Made by a program: the position numbers and the translations under genes. 64,000 bases of DNA, from positions 13,064 to 77,063 of the forward strand of contig JAZPYP010000028.1 in the NCBI GenBank assembly GCA_045544255.1. The letters run 5' to 3'. A model generated the notes under the pieces. It was not told where the DNA came from. It made no database searches and saw only the letters and a list, made by a program, of their open reading frames with translations. Shown in pieces: positions 54,956-64,000 of this stretch (the stretch's first letter is position 1; every line of letters starts with the position of its first letter). Source of the stretch: Eubacteriales bacterium. GTDB lineage: Bacteria; Bacillota; Clostridia; Oscillospirales; QAKW01.

Positions 54956-55853
54956 ATCGATTCACCGTCAGAACTTTTCTTACCCTTCCCGGTGCTCTTG
55001 CACCCTTTAGCAGAACAATTTTGGAGATGGCCCCCGCATCGATCAAACGCTTAATTTGGGGCCGATTAAAGAGTTCCTCCTCATCATGGGCATGGGCAGA
55101 TGCAAGAATCGGAACTCCTGCATTCATTGCCTCCAGCATCTGCTCTGTTTCTTCCTCGGTTCCGATTTCATCGCAAACCAAAACCTGCGGCGAAAGGGTG
55201 CGCAAAGCAACCATCATGCCATAAGGCTTTGGATACCCATCTAAAACATCCGCAAGAGCCCCTATATCCTTTTGGGGCACCCCTTTAAAGGAAGCGGCAA
55301 TCTCGCCGCGCTCATCAACAACAGCAGACCGCAACCCTTTTTTTGAAAGAGAACGCACAAGATCGCAAAGCAATGTTGTTTTGCCGCCGCAAGGTTCAGA
55401 AACAATCAGTGTTGAGCAAAAGCGATCCTCGCAAAAAAGCTTTGGCAATAAGCTTTCTGCAATGCCTTTTATATCTCTGCAAATTCTGATATTGATCGAG
55501 GAGAGATCTTTAATGCGAACCCTACCTTGCTCATTGCGCACAAAACTTCCGCAAATCCCCGCTCGATGGCCTCCGGCCAAAGGAATATATCCATTTTCTA
55601 TTTGATTTTCAAATTGAAAGACTGCATCTCTGCAAAGCTTTTCAAAAAGGGCTTCCATATCTTCTGCAGTTACCCTTATATTTTTGATCAGATAATTTCC
55701 GGCCCCGCAAGAAATGCTGCACCCAATACCTCTGCGAACGCGAAGCTCTGTTGCATTCTGAAGCAATTCTTTAGGCTCTTTTTTAATTGCATCCTGCCAT
55801 TCTTTCTTTAAATATGAAAGAATGGAAAGAATGCCGCTTTCCTTTTTGCTCAT
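54918..55853 (-). CDS. spoIIIAA: Stage III sporulation protein AA (AAA-type ATPase)
   Basis: Start trimmed to MSKKESGILS, with RBS GGGAGGG. Walker A SEPCGGKTTLL and Walker B VLVCDEIG. Confidence 0.85.
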   Translation of the reverse strand: MSKKESGILSILSYLKKEWQDAIKKEPKELLQNATELRVRRGIGCSISCGAGNYLIKNIRVTAEDMEALFEKLCRDAVFQFENQIENGYIPLAGGHRAGICGSFVRNEQGRVRIKDLSSINIRICRDIKGIAESLLPKLFCEDRFCSTLIVSEPCGGKTTLLCDLVRSLSKKGLRSAVVDERGEIAASFKGVPQKDIGALADVLDGYPKPYGMMVALRTLSPQVLVCDEIGTEEETEQMLEAMNAGVPILASAHAHDEEELFNRPQIKRLIDAGAISKIVLLKGARAPGRVRKVLTVNRYDDEDFWCIDDH

Positions 55854-55968
55854 TAAAGTTGTCCCTCCCTTTGGTTTTATTTTATGGACAACATTTAATA
55901 AATAGAACAAAATGGTATGATTTCCTTCTTTCCTGCGCATACTACATTCAAAAAAGGAGGAATTTAAA

Positions 55969-57237
55969 ATGCATTCCAATATTAAGCAAATTCATGCACG
56001 CCAGATCCTTGATTCCCGCGGCAACCCAACCATTGAAACTCAAATTCTTTTAGAAAACGGAGTTACAGCGGCCGCCGCAGTGCCGAGCGGGGCCTCAACC
56101 GGCCAATACGAGGCAGTAGAATTAAGAGATGAGGCGGATATCTATGGCGGAAAAAGCGTTTTCAACGCAATCGCCAATGTAAATACCACCATCAGCGAAG
56201 CGCTGGAGGGCATGGATATTTTTGATCAGACTGCCATTGATCGCATGATGATTACTTTAGACGGTACCGAAAATAAATCAAATCTTGGCGCCAATGCCAT
56301 CCTTTCCGTTTCCCTTGCAGCGGCCCGCACTGCTGCCCATTGCTGCGGGCTCCCGCTATTTCGATATCTGGGCGGCGCAGCGGCAATGACTATGCCTGTG
56401 CCGATGCTTAATGTGCTCAACGGAGGTGCGCATGCAAATAATAATGTTGAGATTCAGGAATTTATGATTGTGCCGATTGGGGCTCCCACTTTCAGCAAAG
56501 CCATGGAGATGAGCACAAGAGTCTACCATAGCTTGGGGCATATTTTAAAAGAAGCGGGACTTTCAACAACGATTGGCGATGAAGGCGGATTTGCGCCCAA
56601 CCTTGAAAGCGATGAGCAAGCTCTTCATCTACTGATCCGCGCCATTGAGCGCGCAGGCATGGAGCCGGAGCGAGATATTGCAATCGCTCTCGATGCGGCA
56701 GCATCCGAATGGAAAACAGCAGAAGGATACCGCCAAACAAAATCCGGAAAAGAATATTCTACCACCGAACTTATCGATTATTTTGAAGGCTTGGTTCGAA
56801 AATTCCCCATCATCTCGCTGGAGGATCCCTTGGGCGATGACGACTATGAGGGCTTTGCAGAGATCAAAAAGCGAACCGGAATCCAAATTGTTGGCGATGA
56901 TCTTTTTGTTACAAACAGTGATCGGCTCCAAAAAGGAATTGCTAAAGGAAGCGGAAACGCAATTTTGATTAAGCTTAATCAGATCGGCACTTTAAGCGAA
57001 ACCCTTCAAACCATTCGCATGGCTAAAAATAATGGATTTAAAACCATCATTTCCCATCGGAGCGGCGAAACTGCCGATGCCTTTATTGCAGATCTTGCTG
57101 TTGCAGTAAATGCAGGGCAGATTAAAACAGGCGCTCCCGCAAGAAGCGAGCGGGTTTGCAAATATAATCGGCTAACAGGAATTGAAGCATTAGTTGGGGT
57201 GCATAGCTATTACCCCGGCATGGCAACCTTTCTTTAA
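55969..57237 (+). CDS. eno: Enolase
   Basis: 422 aa. Motifs IHARQILDSRGNPTIE, VPSGASTGQYEA and SHRSGETAD. RBS AAAGGAGG. Confidence 0.95.
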   Translation: MHSNIKQIHARQILDSRGNPTIETQILLENGVTAAAAVPSGASTGQYEAVELRDEADIYGGKSVFNAIANVNTTISEALEGMDIFDQTAIDRMMITLDGTENKSNLGANAILSVSLAAARTAAHCCGLPLFRYLGGAAAMTMPVPMLNVLNGGAHANNNVEIQEFMIVPIGAPTFSKAMEMSTRVYHSLGHILKEAGLSTTIGDEGGFAPNLESDEQALHLLIRAIERAGMEPERDIAIALDAAASEWKTAEGYRQTKSGKEYSTTELIDYFEGLVRKFPIISLEDPLGDDDYEGFAEIKKRTGIQIVGDDLFVTNSDRLQKGIAKGSGNAILIKLNQIGTLSETLQTIRMAKNNGFKTIISHRSGETADAFIADLAVAVNAGQIKTGAPARSERVCKYNRLTGIEALVGVHSYYPGMATFL

Positions 57238-57242
57238 TAAAT

Positions 57243-57281
57243 AAAAAAATTCCGCAATAAAGCTTATTGCGGAATTTTTTA
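57243..57281. terminator. Bidirectional terminator between eno and rnfB
   Basis: AAUUCCGCAAUAA-AGC-UUAUUGCGGAAUU flanked by A7 and U6. Confidence 0.85.
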
Positions 57282-57282
57282 T

Positions 57283-58077
57283 TTATTGAGGGATATCGAT
57301 AATCTTGCGCGGGCATTTTTCGGCGCAGATGCCGCAACCAACGCATTTTTCATAATCAATATGCGCCACATTTCCATCTACTCGGATAGCGCCTTCAGGG
57401 CAATTCTTTTCGCAAAGCTTGCAACCGATGCACCCTGTATTACAAGCTTCTCTGGTGCGCGCGCCCTTATCCTTGCTGGAGCAATTAACCAGGATTTTGC
57501 TATCTCGCGGCACAATTTCGATCACACCTTTGGGGCATGCCTCTTTACAAGCGCCACACCCGATACAAAGTTCCCGATTAATAACAGCGACTCCATTATC
57601 AATATAGATTGCGTTTTCAGGGCATTTCTTCAGGCAATTCCCAAAGCCGAGGCAACCATATTGGCAGGTCATATACCCGCCTAAAAGGCGATTGGCGGCC
57701 GCACAGTCGTTCATGCCGTAATAAATATATTTCTTGTTGGCAAAATCATTATTTCCATGGCAACGAATATGCGCAACCATCGGTACAAACGCTTCCGCTT
57801 CCGCGCCCATAATTTCAGCAAGCGCAGCAGCCCCTTCTGCCTTTGCGGCAGCGCAAAGATTGCAGCCGGCCTTCTCTGCCAAAATGGCGTCGGCATAATT
57901 GGCGCAGCCGGCATAGCCGCAGCCGCCGCAATTTGCACCGGGGAGATGCTCAAGAATCTTTTCTTTGCGATCATCTTCCTTCACATAAAAGATGTTTCCG
58001 GCAATGCTCAAGGCACCGCCAAAGATCAAGCCCATAATGCCAAGGGCAAGAAACGCTTTTAAAATATCAATCCACAT
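57283..58077 (-). CDS. rnfB: Rnf electron transport complex subunit B
   Basis: 264 aa with an N-terminal TM segment. Motif NCGGCGYAGCANYA plus several CxxCxxCxxxCP ferredoxin motifs. Confidence 0.9.
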   Translation of the reverse strand: MWIDILKAFLALGIMGLIFGGALSIAGNIFYVKEDDRKEKILEHLPGANCGGCGYAGCANYADAILAEKAGCNLCAAAKAEGAAALAEIMGAEAEAFVPMVAHIRCHGNNDFANKKYIYYGMNDCAAANRLLGGYMTCQYGCLGFGNCLKKCPENAIYIDNGVAVINRELCIGCGACKEACPKGVIEIVPRDSKILVNCSSKDKGARTREACNTGCIGCKLCEKNCPEGAIRVDGNVAHIDYEKCVGCGICAEKCPRKIIDIPQ

Positions 58078-58095
58078 TTTGAAAGCCCCCTTCCC

Positions 58096-58692
58096 TTAAA
58101 ACGATAATCCATTGAATCCAAGGAATCCAAAGGAAAGAACTGCAGCAGTTATCAGCGCGATGGGAAAACCCTGAAACGCTTTAGGAACATCGGAAACCTC
58201 TTCCATTCGAGTGCGAATTAAGGAGAAGATCCAAATTGCAAGGGTAAAGCCAAGAGCAGTAAAAATCGAATTGAGGAAGGAGAAAAGGAAATTATACCCT
58301 TCCTGCACATTGGTCAGGCAAATGCCTAAAACCGCGCAATTCGTTGTAATCAACGGAAGATAAATTCCAAGAGCGTTATAAAGAGCGGGAACCATCTTGC
58401 GAAGCGCCATTTCCACCAGCTGAACAAGGGCGGCGATAACCAAAATGAATGCAATCGTTTGAAGATATTCCAGATGGAACTTAACAAGGATCAGCTCATA
58501 AATTCCATAGGTTACAATAGAGGCAAGGCCCATAATAAAGGTAACAGCCATGCCCATTCCAAGAGCCGTATCGCTCTTTTTGGAAACGCCGAAAAACGGG
58601 CAGCAACCCATAAACTGCGATAAAACAATATTTTCGATCAAAATAGCATTGATGGCGAAGGCTAAAATGGTGCCGAAATTATATTGATCCAT
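58096..58692 (-). CDS. rnfA: Rnf complex subunit A
   Basis: 198 aa polytopic membrane protein. Motifs ENIVLSQFMGCCPF and YLPLITTNCAVLG. Confidence 0.9.
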   Translation of the reverse strand: MDQYNFGTILAFAINAILIENIVLSQFMGCCPFFGVSKKSDTALGMGMAVTFIMGLASIVTYGIYELILVKFHLEYLQTIAFILVIAALVQLVEMALRKMVPALYNALGIYLPLITTNCAVLGICLTNVQEGYNFLFSFLNSIFTALGFTLAIWIFSLIRTRMEEVSDVPKAFQGFPIALITAAVLSFGFLGFNGLSF

Positions 58693-59306
58693 TATTCAGC
58701 ACCTCCCTTTTTGCGAAGCACAAAATATTGCGCCGCGGCAATCACAAATCCAAGAGTTAAAAATCCACCGGCAGGAAGCGCCATAATGGAAAGAGGAGCA
58801 ACACCGCCGAAAAGAGGAATTCCAAGGATCGAGCCATTGCCGAGAATTTCCCGAACAGCACCGAGAATAGCAAGGGCTAAAGTAAACCCAAGCCCCATGA
58901 AAAGGCCATCTAAAAAGCTGGGCAAAACCTTATTTTTAGAAGCAAAGCTTTCTGCTCTTGCAAGAATAATACAGTTTACAACAATCAGAGGAATGAAAAC
59001 ACCAAGAGCATTATAAATGCTATTGAAATAGGCCTCCAGCAGCATATCCACAAGGGTAACAAATCCCGCAATAATCACAATATAGGCGGCAATGCGAATC
59101 TTTTGAGGAATGATTTTTCTTAAAAGAGAGATCAAAACATTTGAGCATACCAAAACAAAGGTTGCAGAAAGCCCCATGCCGATCGCATTGATCAGAGTGG
59201 TAGAGGTGGCCAAAGTGGGGCACATGCCAAGAAGCTGAATCAAAACCGGATTATCGGAAATCAAACCGGATTTCACAAAAGAGCCGATATTTATTTTCTC
59301 TTTCAT
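58692..59306 (-). CDS. rnfE: Rnf complex subunit E
   Basis: 204 aa. Motifs NPVLIQLLGMCPTLA and FIPLIVVNCIILARAE. Confidence 0.9.
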   Translation of the reverse strand: MKEKINIGSFVKSGLISDNPVLIQLLGMCPTLATSTTLINAIGMGLSATFVLVCSNVLISLLRKIIPQKIRIAAYIVIIAGFVTLVDMLLEAYFNSIYNALGVFIPLIVVNCIILARAESFASKNKVLPSFLDGLFMGLGFTLALAILGAVREILGNGSILGIPLFGGVAPLSIMALPAGGFLTLGFVIAAAQYFVLRKKGGAE

Positions 59307-59917
59307 TATTCCACCTCCTCGATCATTTGATTTGCCACATCGATTGCAGCATTCACACCATTGAGATAAGCAGTTGAAGAAACGGTTGCACCGGAAATCA
59401 CCTGCACCTCATCTTTAAAGGAAGGCGCTTTTTTAACGATGGAAATGCTTTCGGAAAAACCGATCACACTATTGCGAAAAGCCTCGTCGCTCTCAACCTT
59501 CATGCCAATTCCGGGGGTATCTGCGATAGAAAGGATCTGCACTCCGCTTACCGCCCCTTCCCTATCGGTTGCCACAATCATATCAATGGTATTTGAATAG
59601 CCATTGGGCGCCACTTGAATGCAAAAACCAATGAAGGCGCCATCGGCCCCTCTGGCGGCATAAACAGCCGTTACAGGCACTTTTGCTCCACCGGTGAGAA
59701 TTTCCTTGGGAAAGGAAGGAAGCTCTTCAAAAGAGGCTGCATCTTCCTTCAAAACGCGAAGAGAATCATCAAGGCGCTCCTTGGCAGCGTTTGCAATGAT
59801 AGGTGCAGTAAAATAATTGGCCAAAGCCAATACTGCCGCCACAATAGCGGTAATCGCAAAAAGAGTCAGCGCCAAGCGAAGAAAATCAATTTTTTGCTCT
59901 TTTGTGCCAAAGGACAC
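59306..59917 (-). CDS. rnfG: Rnf complex subunit G (FMN-binding)
   Basis: Start set to GTG at 59917, 8 nt after GGAGG. The longer ORF-track start would overlap rnfD by 86 nt. FMN attachment motif SGATVSS. Confidence 0.85.
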   Translation of the reverse strand: MSFGTKEQKIDFLRLALTLFAITAIVAAVLALANYFTAPIIANAAKERLDDSLRVLKEDAASFEELPSFPKEILTGGAKVPVTAVYAARGADGAFIGFCIQVAPNGYSNTIDMIVATDREGAVSGVQILSIADTPGIGMKVESDEAFRNSVIGFSESISIVKKAPSFKDEVQVISGATVSSTAYLNGVNAAIDVANQMIEEVE

Positions 59918-60875
59918 GGCGCTCACCTCCAAATCGATTGGGAATAGTTTTCTGATCAATAAATCCGGCAAAGAAATTCATGATCAAAATCGCAAATGAA
60001 ACTCCTTCGGGATAGCCGCCGAAATAGCGGATAAAAACAGTTAGCAATCCGCAGCCAACACCATAGATAATTCGACCAACGGGGGTAATGGGGCTGGTTG
60101 TATAGTCAGTAGCCATAAAGAAGGCGCCAAGGAAAAGGCCGCCGCTACTGATTTGATAAAGCATATATTGCCATGCGGATATATCTTGATATTTCGGGAA
60201 AAGAAGGGTAATCAAAGCAACTGTTCCGATAAAGGAAACAGGAATATGCCAAGTGATGATCTTCTTATAAAGAAGATAGGCACCTCCTAAAAGAAGAAGG
60301 ACTGCGCTGGTTTCACCAAGGCAACCGCCGATATTTCCAAGAAAACAATCGCTGATGGGAAATTTAGTTGTAATATTAACCAGTTCTCCATTGGCATTTT
60401 TCAAATATTCCAAAGGAGTGGCCGAAGAAACCCCATCAAACGGAGTGGTCCAGCAACCACTCATATAATTTGAGAAGGAAAGGAATAGAAAAATGCGCCC
60501 TGCAATGGCGGGATTGAACATATTTTTGCCCAGCCCCCCATAAAGCATTTTGATAACAACGATTGCAAATAATGCGCCGATAGGCGGAAGCCAAAGAGGC
60601 GCGGTAACCGGCAGGTTCATTGCAAGGAGAACACCGGTTACAATCGCCGAGCAATCATGAATCGTTTGCCGGCGCTTGATCAGCAAATTATAAAGATATT
60701 CAAAAAGCACACAGGATACTACACTGATAGCAATCAAAGCCATTGCGCGCCATCTGAAATAAACTACAGCGCCTGCCATTGCGGGAACCAGCGCAATCAA
60801 AACGCAACCCATAACGGTGCTGATATTACGATGATCCTTGGAATGGGGCGAGGATGATACAATCAGTTCACTCAT
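59886..60875 (-). CDS. rnfD: Rnf complex subunit D
   Basis: 329 aa polytopic membrane protein. Motifs SSPHSKD and GVSSATPL, plus a FMATDYTTSP flavinylation region. Confidence 0.9.
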   Translation of the reverse strand: MSELIVSSSPHSKDHRNISTVMGCVLIALVPAMAGAVVYFRWRAMALIAISVVSCVLFEYLYNLLIKRRQTIHDCSAIVTGVLLAMNLPVTAPLWLPPIGALFAIVVIKMLYGGLGKNMFNPAIAGRIFLFLSFSNYMSGCWTTPFDGVSSATPLEYLKNANGELVNITTKFPISDCFLGNIGGCLGETSAVLLLLGGAYLLYKKIITWHIPVSFIGTVALITLLFPKYQDISAWQYMLYQISSGGLFLGAFFMATDYTTSPITPVGRIIYGVGCGLLTVFIRYFGGYPEGVSFAILIMNFFAGFIDQKTIPNRFGGERRVLWHKRAKN

Positions 60876-62749
60876 TAATCTTTTCCTCCCGACCGTTTAT
60901 TCATTTCATTAACCTTCTGCTTTCCAAGCCGCATATACTGAATAAGAGGAATTTTAGCAGGGCAAGTGAAAGAGCAGCAGCCGCATTCAATGCAATCGGC
61001 GGCATGAAGAGCTCGAACCTTTTCGAAATTCTCTGTTTTCACATACTGAGCGATATAGCTGGGCACAAGCTTCATGGGGCAAGAGGAAACGCAGCTTCCG
61101 CAGCGAATGCAGCTTGCATCCCGATCCATGGTTAGCTGCTCTTTGGTAAAGCAGAGAAGGGCCGATGTGCCTTTAATAACAGGAGCATCTAAAGAATACT
61201 GCGCAGTGCCCATCATTGGGCCGCCCATGATCACCTTTTTGGTGCTGGGCAGATAGCCAAAATAATCAAGAACTGCTGAAAACGGAGTGCCGATTCGGGC
61301 GCTGACATTTCCAACGCGGGAAACACCGTGGCCCGCCACAGTAATGATCCGCCGCATCAGCGGCTCTCCGGTTACCACTGCACGATAGATCGCAATAACG
61401 GTATCTACATTTAAAACAACGCAGCCCACATCTGCAGGAAGCTTGCCGGAAGGTACTACCCGACCGGTTACCGCGCGAATCAGCTGCTTTTCGCCGCCTT
61501 GGGGATACTTCGCTTTCAAAATAACCACCTTGATGCGGCTTTTAGCCAACCTTTTAAGAAGCAATGAGATCGCATCAGGCTTATTATTTTCAATGCCTAC
61601 ATACATTCTTTGGGCGCCCATTATATAGCGAATGATACGAAGCCCGCTAATCAGCTCATCAATATTTTCCAAAATTTCACGATGATCGCTGGAAAGATAG
61701 GGCTCGCATTCAGCGGCATTTATGATCACAGTATCCACTCTGCCCATTGCAGAGGCAAGCTTCACATGGGTAGGAAATGCGGCGCCGCCCATTCCGACAA
61801 TTCCCGCCTGACGAATAATTTCGATCAATTCTTCAGGGCTTTTGGATTCATAGTCAGAAGAGGCTTGCATAAAGCAATCTGCGCGATTATCTTCAAAATC
61901 ATTTTCAATTATAATGGCCGGAATCCGGTTACCGGTGGGATGATCCCACTCGCAGATCTTCTTCACAGTGCCGGAAACGGTGGAATGAATCGGCGCAGAA
62001 ACCGCCGCATCGGAATCGGCGATCTTCTGCCCCATTCGCACATAATCCCCAACCTTAACCAACGGAGTGCAGATAGCGCCGATATGCTGCAGCAAGGGAT
62101 AGATCATCTCTTTTTGGGGAGGAAGCTTTTCAATCGGAATGGAGCGGGTATTTTTATGAGAAGTGGGATGCACACCCCCGTCAAAACGATGGATCAAATT
62201 CAATCGAAGCTTATACCAAACAGCCTTAAAATCAATTTCGCTCCCAAGCACCGAGAAAATAAAGACACCAAGGGCTAAAAGGAAATGATAATAAATGGCA
62301 TATGGAATTTGGGTGAGCACTGCAGCATCGGTGGTTACAAGCTCCTCGCTGGCATAAAGCAATTCGCGATTAATGCTATAGTAAACAAAAAATTCGGCAA
62401 TATATACCATCATAAAAATCAGCGAACCCATGAAAATGGAGCGCTTTCCGCCGGCGGTCTTCGACCAAGCCAAGATCAAACCGCAAACATAGCAGATCCA
62501 ACCCACATAATAAAACAGCATGGTAACATAAAGAATATCCCCATAAACACTAAAAGAACTGAGAATACTCTCGAAATAGCGCTGCAGATCGCCAAGATCG
62601 GCAAAAATAGTAAAAAGCATATGGTTTTTGCCGGATTCATAATCCACCAAAGGATTGAGCAACGGAATAAAAGAAGATACAACCGTTACAAGCGCTAAAA
62701 GCTGCGCATAAAATTGATAACTTTTTAAGTAATCAAGGACTTTTTTCAT
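60875..62749 (-). CDS. rnfC: Rnf complex subunit C with an additional ~186-aa N-terminal membrane domain
   Basis: 624 aa. The canonical part starts near RFDGGVHPTSHK and includes GMGGAAFPTHVK, CIRCGSCVSSCP and CIECGCCSFTCP. Residues 1-186 add about 4 hydrophobic helices. Confidence 0.88.
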   Translation of the reverse strand: MKKVLDYLKSYQFYAQLLALVTVVSSFIPLLNPLVDYESGKNHMLFTIFADLGDLQRYFESILSSFSVYGDILYVTMLFYYVGWICYVCGLILAWSKTAGGKRSIFMGSLIFMMVYIAEFFVYYSINRELLYASEELVTTDAAVLTQIPYAIYYHFLLALGVFIFSVLGSEIDFKAVWYKLRLNLIHRFDGGVHPTSHKNTRSIPIEKLPPQKEMIYPLLQHIGAICTPLVKVGDYVRMGQKIADSDAAVSAPIHSTVSGTVKKICEWDHPTGNRIPAIIIENDFEDNRADCFMQASSDYESKSPEELIEIIRQAGIVGMGGAAFPTHVKLASAMGRVDTVIINAAECEPYLSSDHREILENIDELISGLRIIRYIMGAQRMYVGIENNKPDAISLLLKRLAKSRIKVVILKAKYPQGGEKQLIRAVTGRVVPSGKLPADVGCVVLNVDTVIAIYRAVVTGEPLMRRIITVAGHGVSRVGNVSARIGTPFSAVLDYFGYLPSTKKVIMGGPMMGTAQYSLDAPVIKGTSALLCFTKEQLTMDRDASCIRCGSCVSSCPMKLVPSYIAQYVKTENFEKVRALHAADCIECGCCSFTCPAKIPLIQYMRLGKQKVNEMNKRSGGKD

Positions 62750-62784
62750 TCCCTATCTCCTTTAAATAAATAAAGATTCATTAT

Positions 62785-62813
62785 ATTATAACATTTATAT
62801 ATAATTTTCGCAA
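62785..62813 (-). promoter_or_regulatory. Sigma-A promoter (extended -10) of the rnf operon
   Basis: Minus strand: TTGCGA (62813-62808), 17 nt, TGtTATAAT (-10 at 62790-62785). Confidence 0.6.
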
Positions 62814-62827
62814 CTTCTTTTTTGCAT

Positions 62828-62862
62828 ACAAAAATACCGCTCTGTTTCATACAGAGCGGTAT
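62828..62862 (-). terminator. Terminator after plsY
   Basis: AUACCGCUCUGU-AUGAA-ACAGAGCGGUAU followed by UUUUGUAU on the minus strand. Confidence 0.75.
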
Positions 62863-62865
62863 TTT

Positions 62866-63501
62866 TCATTTCTTTTTGAAGGAAAATTTATGTTCTTCGC
62901 CTTTGAGCAGACGCTTAATATTTTCCCGATGCAAAATCATCACCATAATAGCAAGGGCAAAAAGGCACCCCACCACTACCCAGCGATTTGCCATATAGCG
63001 GGTAGAGATGAAATACATGGTTACAGGACCGGAAAGCCCTGCCAAGATCGAAGCAAGAGAAACAAAGCGGGTCAGGGCAACAACAAGGATAAAGACCGAA
63101 AGCCCCACTGCAAAGCAGCGCCAATCCACAACAAAGAGGACCATTGCCACAACGGTTACAGCCTTGCCGCCGCGGAACCCAAAATAAATGGGAAATGCAT
63201 GCCCCATGGAGCAGCAAAATCCGCTGAAGGCAACCATAGCTTGCCAATAGGGTTCATCGGCAAAAATCATCTTGGTAATCACCAAAGGAATCAGGGTTTT
63301 CAAAAAATCGCCAAACATGGTGATAAACCCGTATTTTACCCCAAAGGTGCGAAGCATATTGGTGGCGCCTGCATTACCGGAACCCGATTCCCGCACATCA
63401 GATTTCATTTTCATTCTTGAGATCAAGATGGAGCAATTAATGCTTCCAATCAAATAAGAAAAAATTCCTATAAGAACAATGGTGAGAATAAAGATACCCA
63501 T
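62866..63501 (-). CDS. plsY: Glycerol-3-phosphate acyltransferase PlsY
   Basis: 211 aa polytopic membrane protein. Motifs GSGNAGATN and FRGGKAV. The ATG overlaps the der stop (TAATG). Confidence 0.9.
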   Translation of the reverse strand: MGIFILTIVLIGIFSYLIGSINCSILISRMKMKSDVRESGSGNAGATNMLRTFGVKYGFITMFGDFLKTLIPLVITKMIFADEPYWQAMVAFSGFCCSMGHAFPIYFGFRGGKAVTVVAMVLFVVDWRCFAVGLSVFILVVALTRFVSLASILAGLSGPVTMYFISTRYMANRWVVVGCLFALAIMVMILHRENIKRLLKGEEHKFSFKKK

Positions 63502-64000
63502 TATTGCTCTCCCCTCTCTCGAATAATAAACCGCACCGGAGTGCCCTTAAATCCAAAGGTATCGCGCAAACGATTTTCAAGATAGCGCTGATAAGAAAAA
63601 TGGAAAAGGTCTTTCTTATTCACAAAAAACACAAAGGTGGGCGGCTCCACAGAAGCTTGCGTCATATAATAAATCTTCAAGCGCTTTCCTTTATCGGAAG
63701 GGGGCTGAACCCGCGCGGTAGCCTCATTGAGGACATCATTGAGCATACCGGTAGAGATTCTTCTTCTGTTTTCTGCCGCCGCATCGCGCACTGCGATCAT
63801 CAGCTGCTCCAAGCGCTGCCCTTCAAGAGCCGAAATGAATACAATCGGCGCAAAAGACATAAAGGCAAGATCATTTTGAATGGACTTGCGCAACTTTTCC
63901 ATTGTATTGGTTTCTTTTTCGATAGAATCCCATTTATTTACTGCAATCACCAATGCTTTTCCCTGATCATTGGCGTAGCCTGCAATTTTAGTATCCTGCT
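63501..64000 (-). CDS. der: Ribosome-biogenesis GTPase Der (EngA), C-terminal part (continues beyond right edge)
   Basis: The frame stays open to 64000 (...QDTKIAGYANDQGKALVIAVNKWD...). NKWD is the G4 motif of GTPase domain 2, followed by a KH-like C-terminus (PPTFVFFVN). The ORF-track M at 63953 is an internal TTG codon. Confidence 0.85.
   Translation of the reverse strand, partial: QDTKIAGYANDQGKALVIAVNKWDSIEKETNTMEKLRKSIQNDLAFMSFAPIVFISALEGQRLEQLMIAVRDAAAENRRRISTGMLNDVLNEATARVQPPSDKGKRLKIYYMTQASVEPPTFVFFVNKKDLFHFSYQRYLENRLRDTFGFKGTPVRFIIRERGEQ

Noticed and set aside
55854-55968. Sigma-E type promoter for spoIIIA (CATACCAT at 55919-55912 resembles the -10 CATACA-T).
   Set aside because: I could not find a convincing -35 element at the expected spacing, so it is too weak to report as a feature.
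1-64000. Mobile genetic elements, prophage, toxin-antitoxin or known defence systems.
   Set aside because: No integrase, transposase, recombinase, phage structural, restriction-modification, cas or recognisable defence-domain ORFs are seen in the six-frame track. tRNA-flanking regions show no att-like repeats.

Overview
Chromosomal window from a spore-forming anaerobic Firmicute (Clostridia). This is supported by the spoIIA and spoIIIA operons, an Rnf complex and a dockerin-bearing protein. A Ruminococcus/Oscillospiraceae-like origin is inference only. The window is gene dense: about 60 CDS and 3 tRNAs. I saw no rRNA, CRISPR, transposase, integrase or phage genes.

Layout:
(1) 1-11.8 kb, minus strand: a de novo purine operon, purE-C-F-M-N-O-H-D-L plus fhs. 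It is headed by a sigma-A promoter and a ZTP (pfl-type) riboswitch with a terminator expression platform.
(2) 12-29 kb, accessory carbohydrate region: a 1044-aa dockerin surface protein with an internal duplication, a 1651-aa GH92-like alpha-mannosidase with several CBMs, and two tandem AraC regulators. Divergent from these is a 5-gene operon: TIM-barrel::Gfo/Idh/MocA fusion, glycyl-radical activase, a 746-aa orphan glycyl radical enzyme, a cupin, and a PMI-like isomerase. This operon is my top candidate for an undescribed system.
(3) 29-37 kb, housekeeping: rplM-rpsI (with a duplicated 3' end and terminator), a ttcA-like gene, T-box-valS-folC, and spoIIAA-spoIIAB-sigF.
(4) 37-50 kb: an AraC regulator, an RHH-protein-clpB operon, a DUF4965-type putative glycosidase, galT/galK, an ABC-F ATPase, a GNAT and tepA.
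(5) 50.6-64 kb: tRNA Met-Glu-Val, asp23, spoIIIAA-AH, eno, rnfCDGEAB (RnfC carries an extra N-terminal membrane domain), plsY and a partial der.

All family calls come from reading motifs in the supplied translations. No database search was run.
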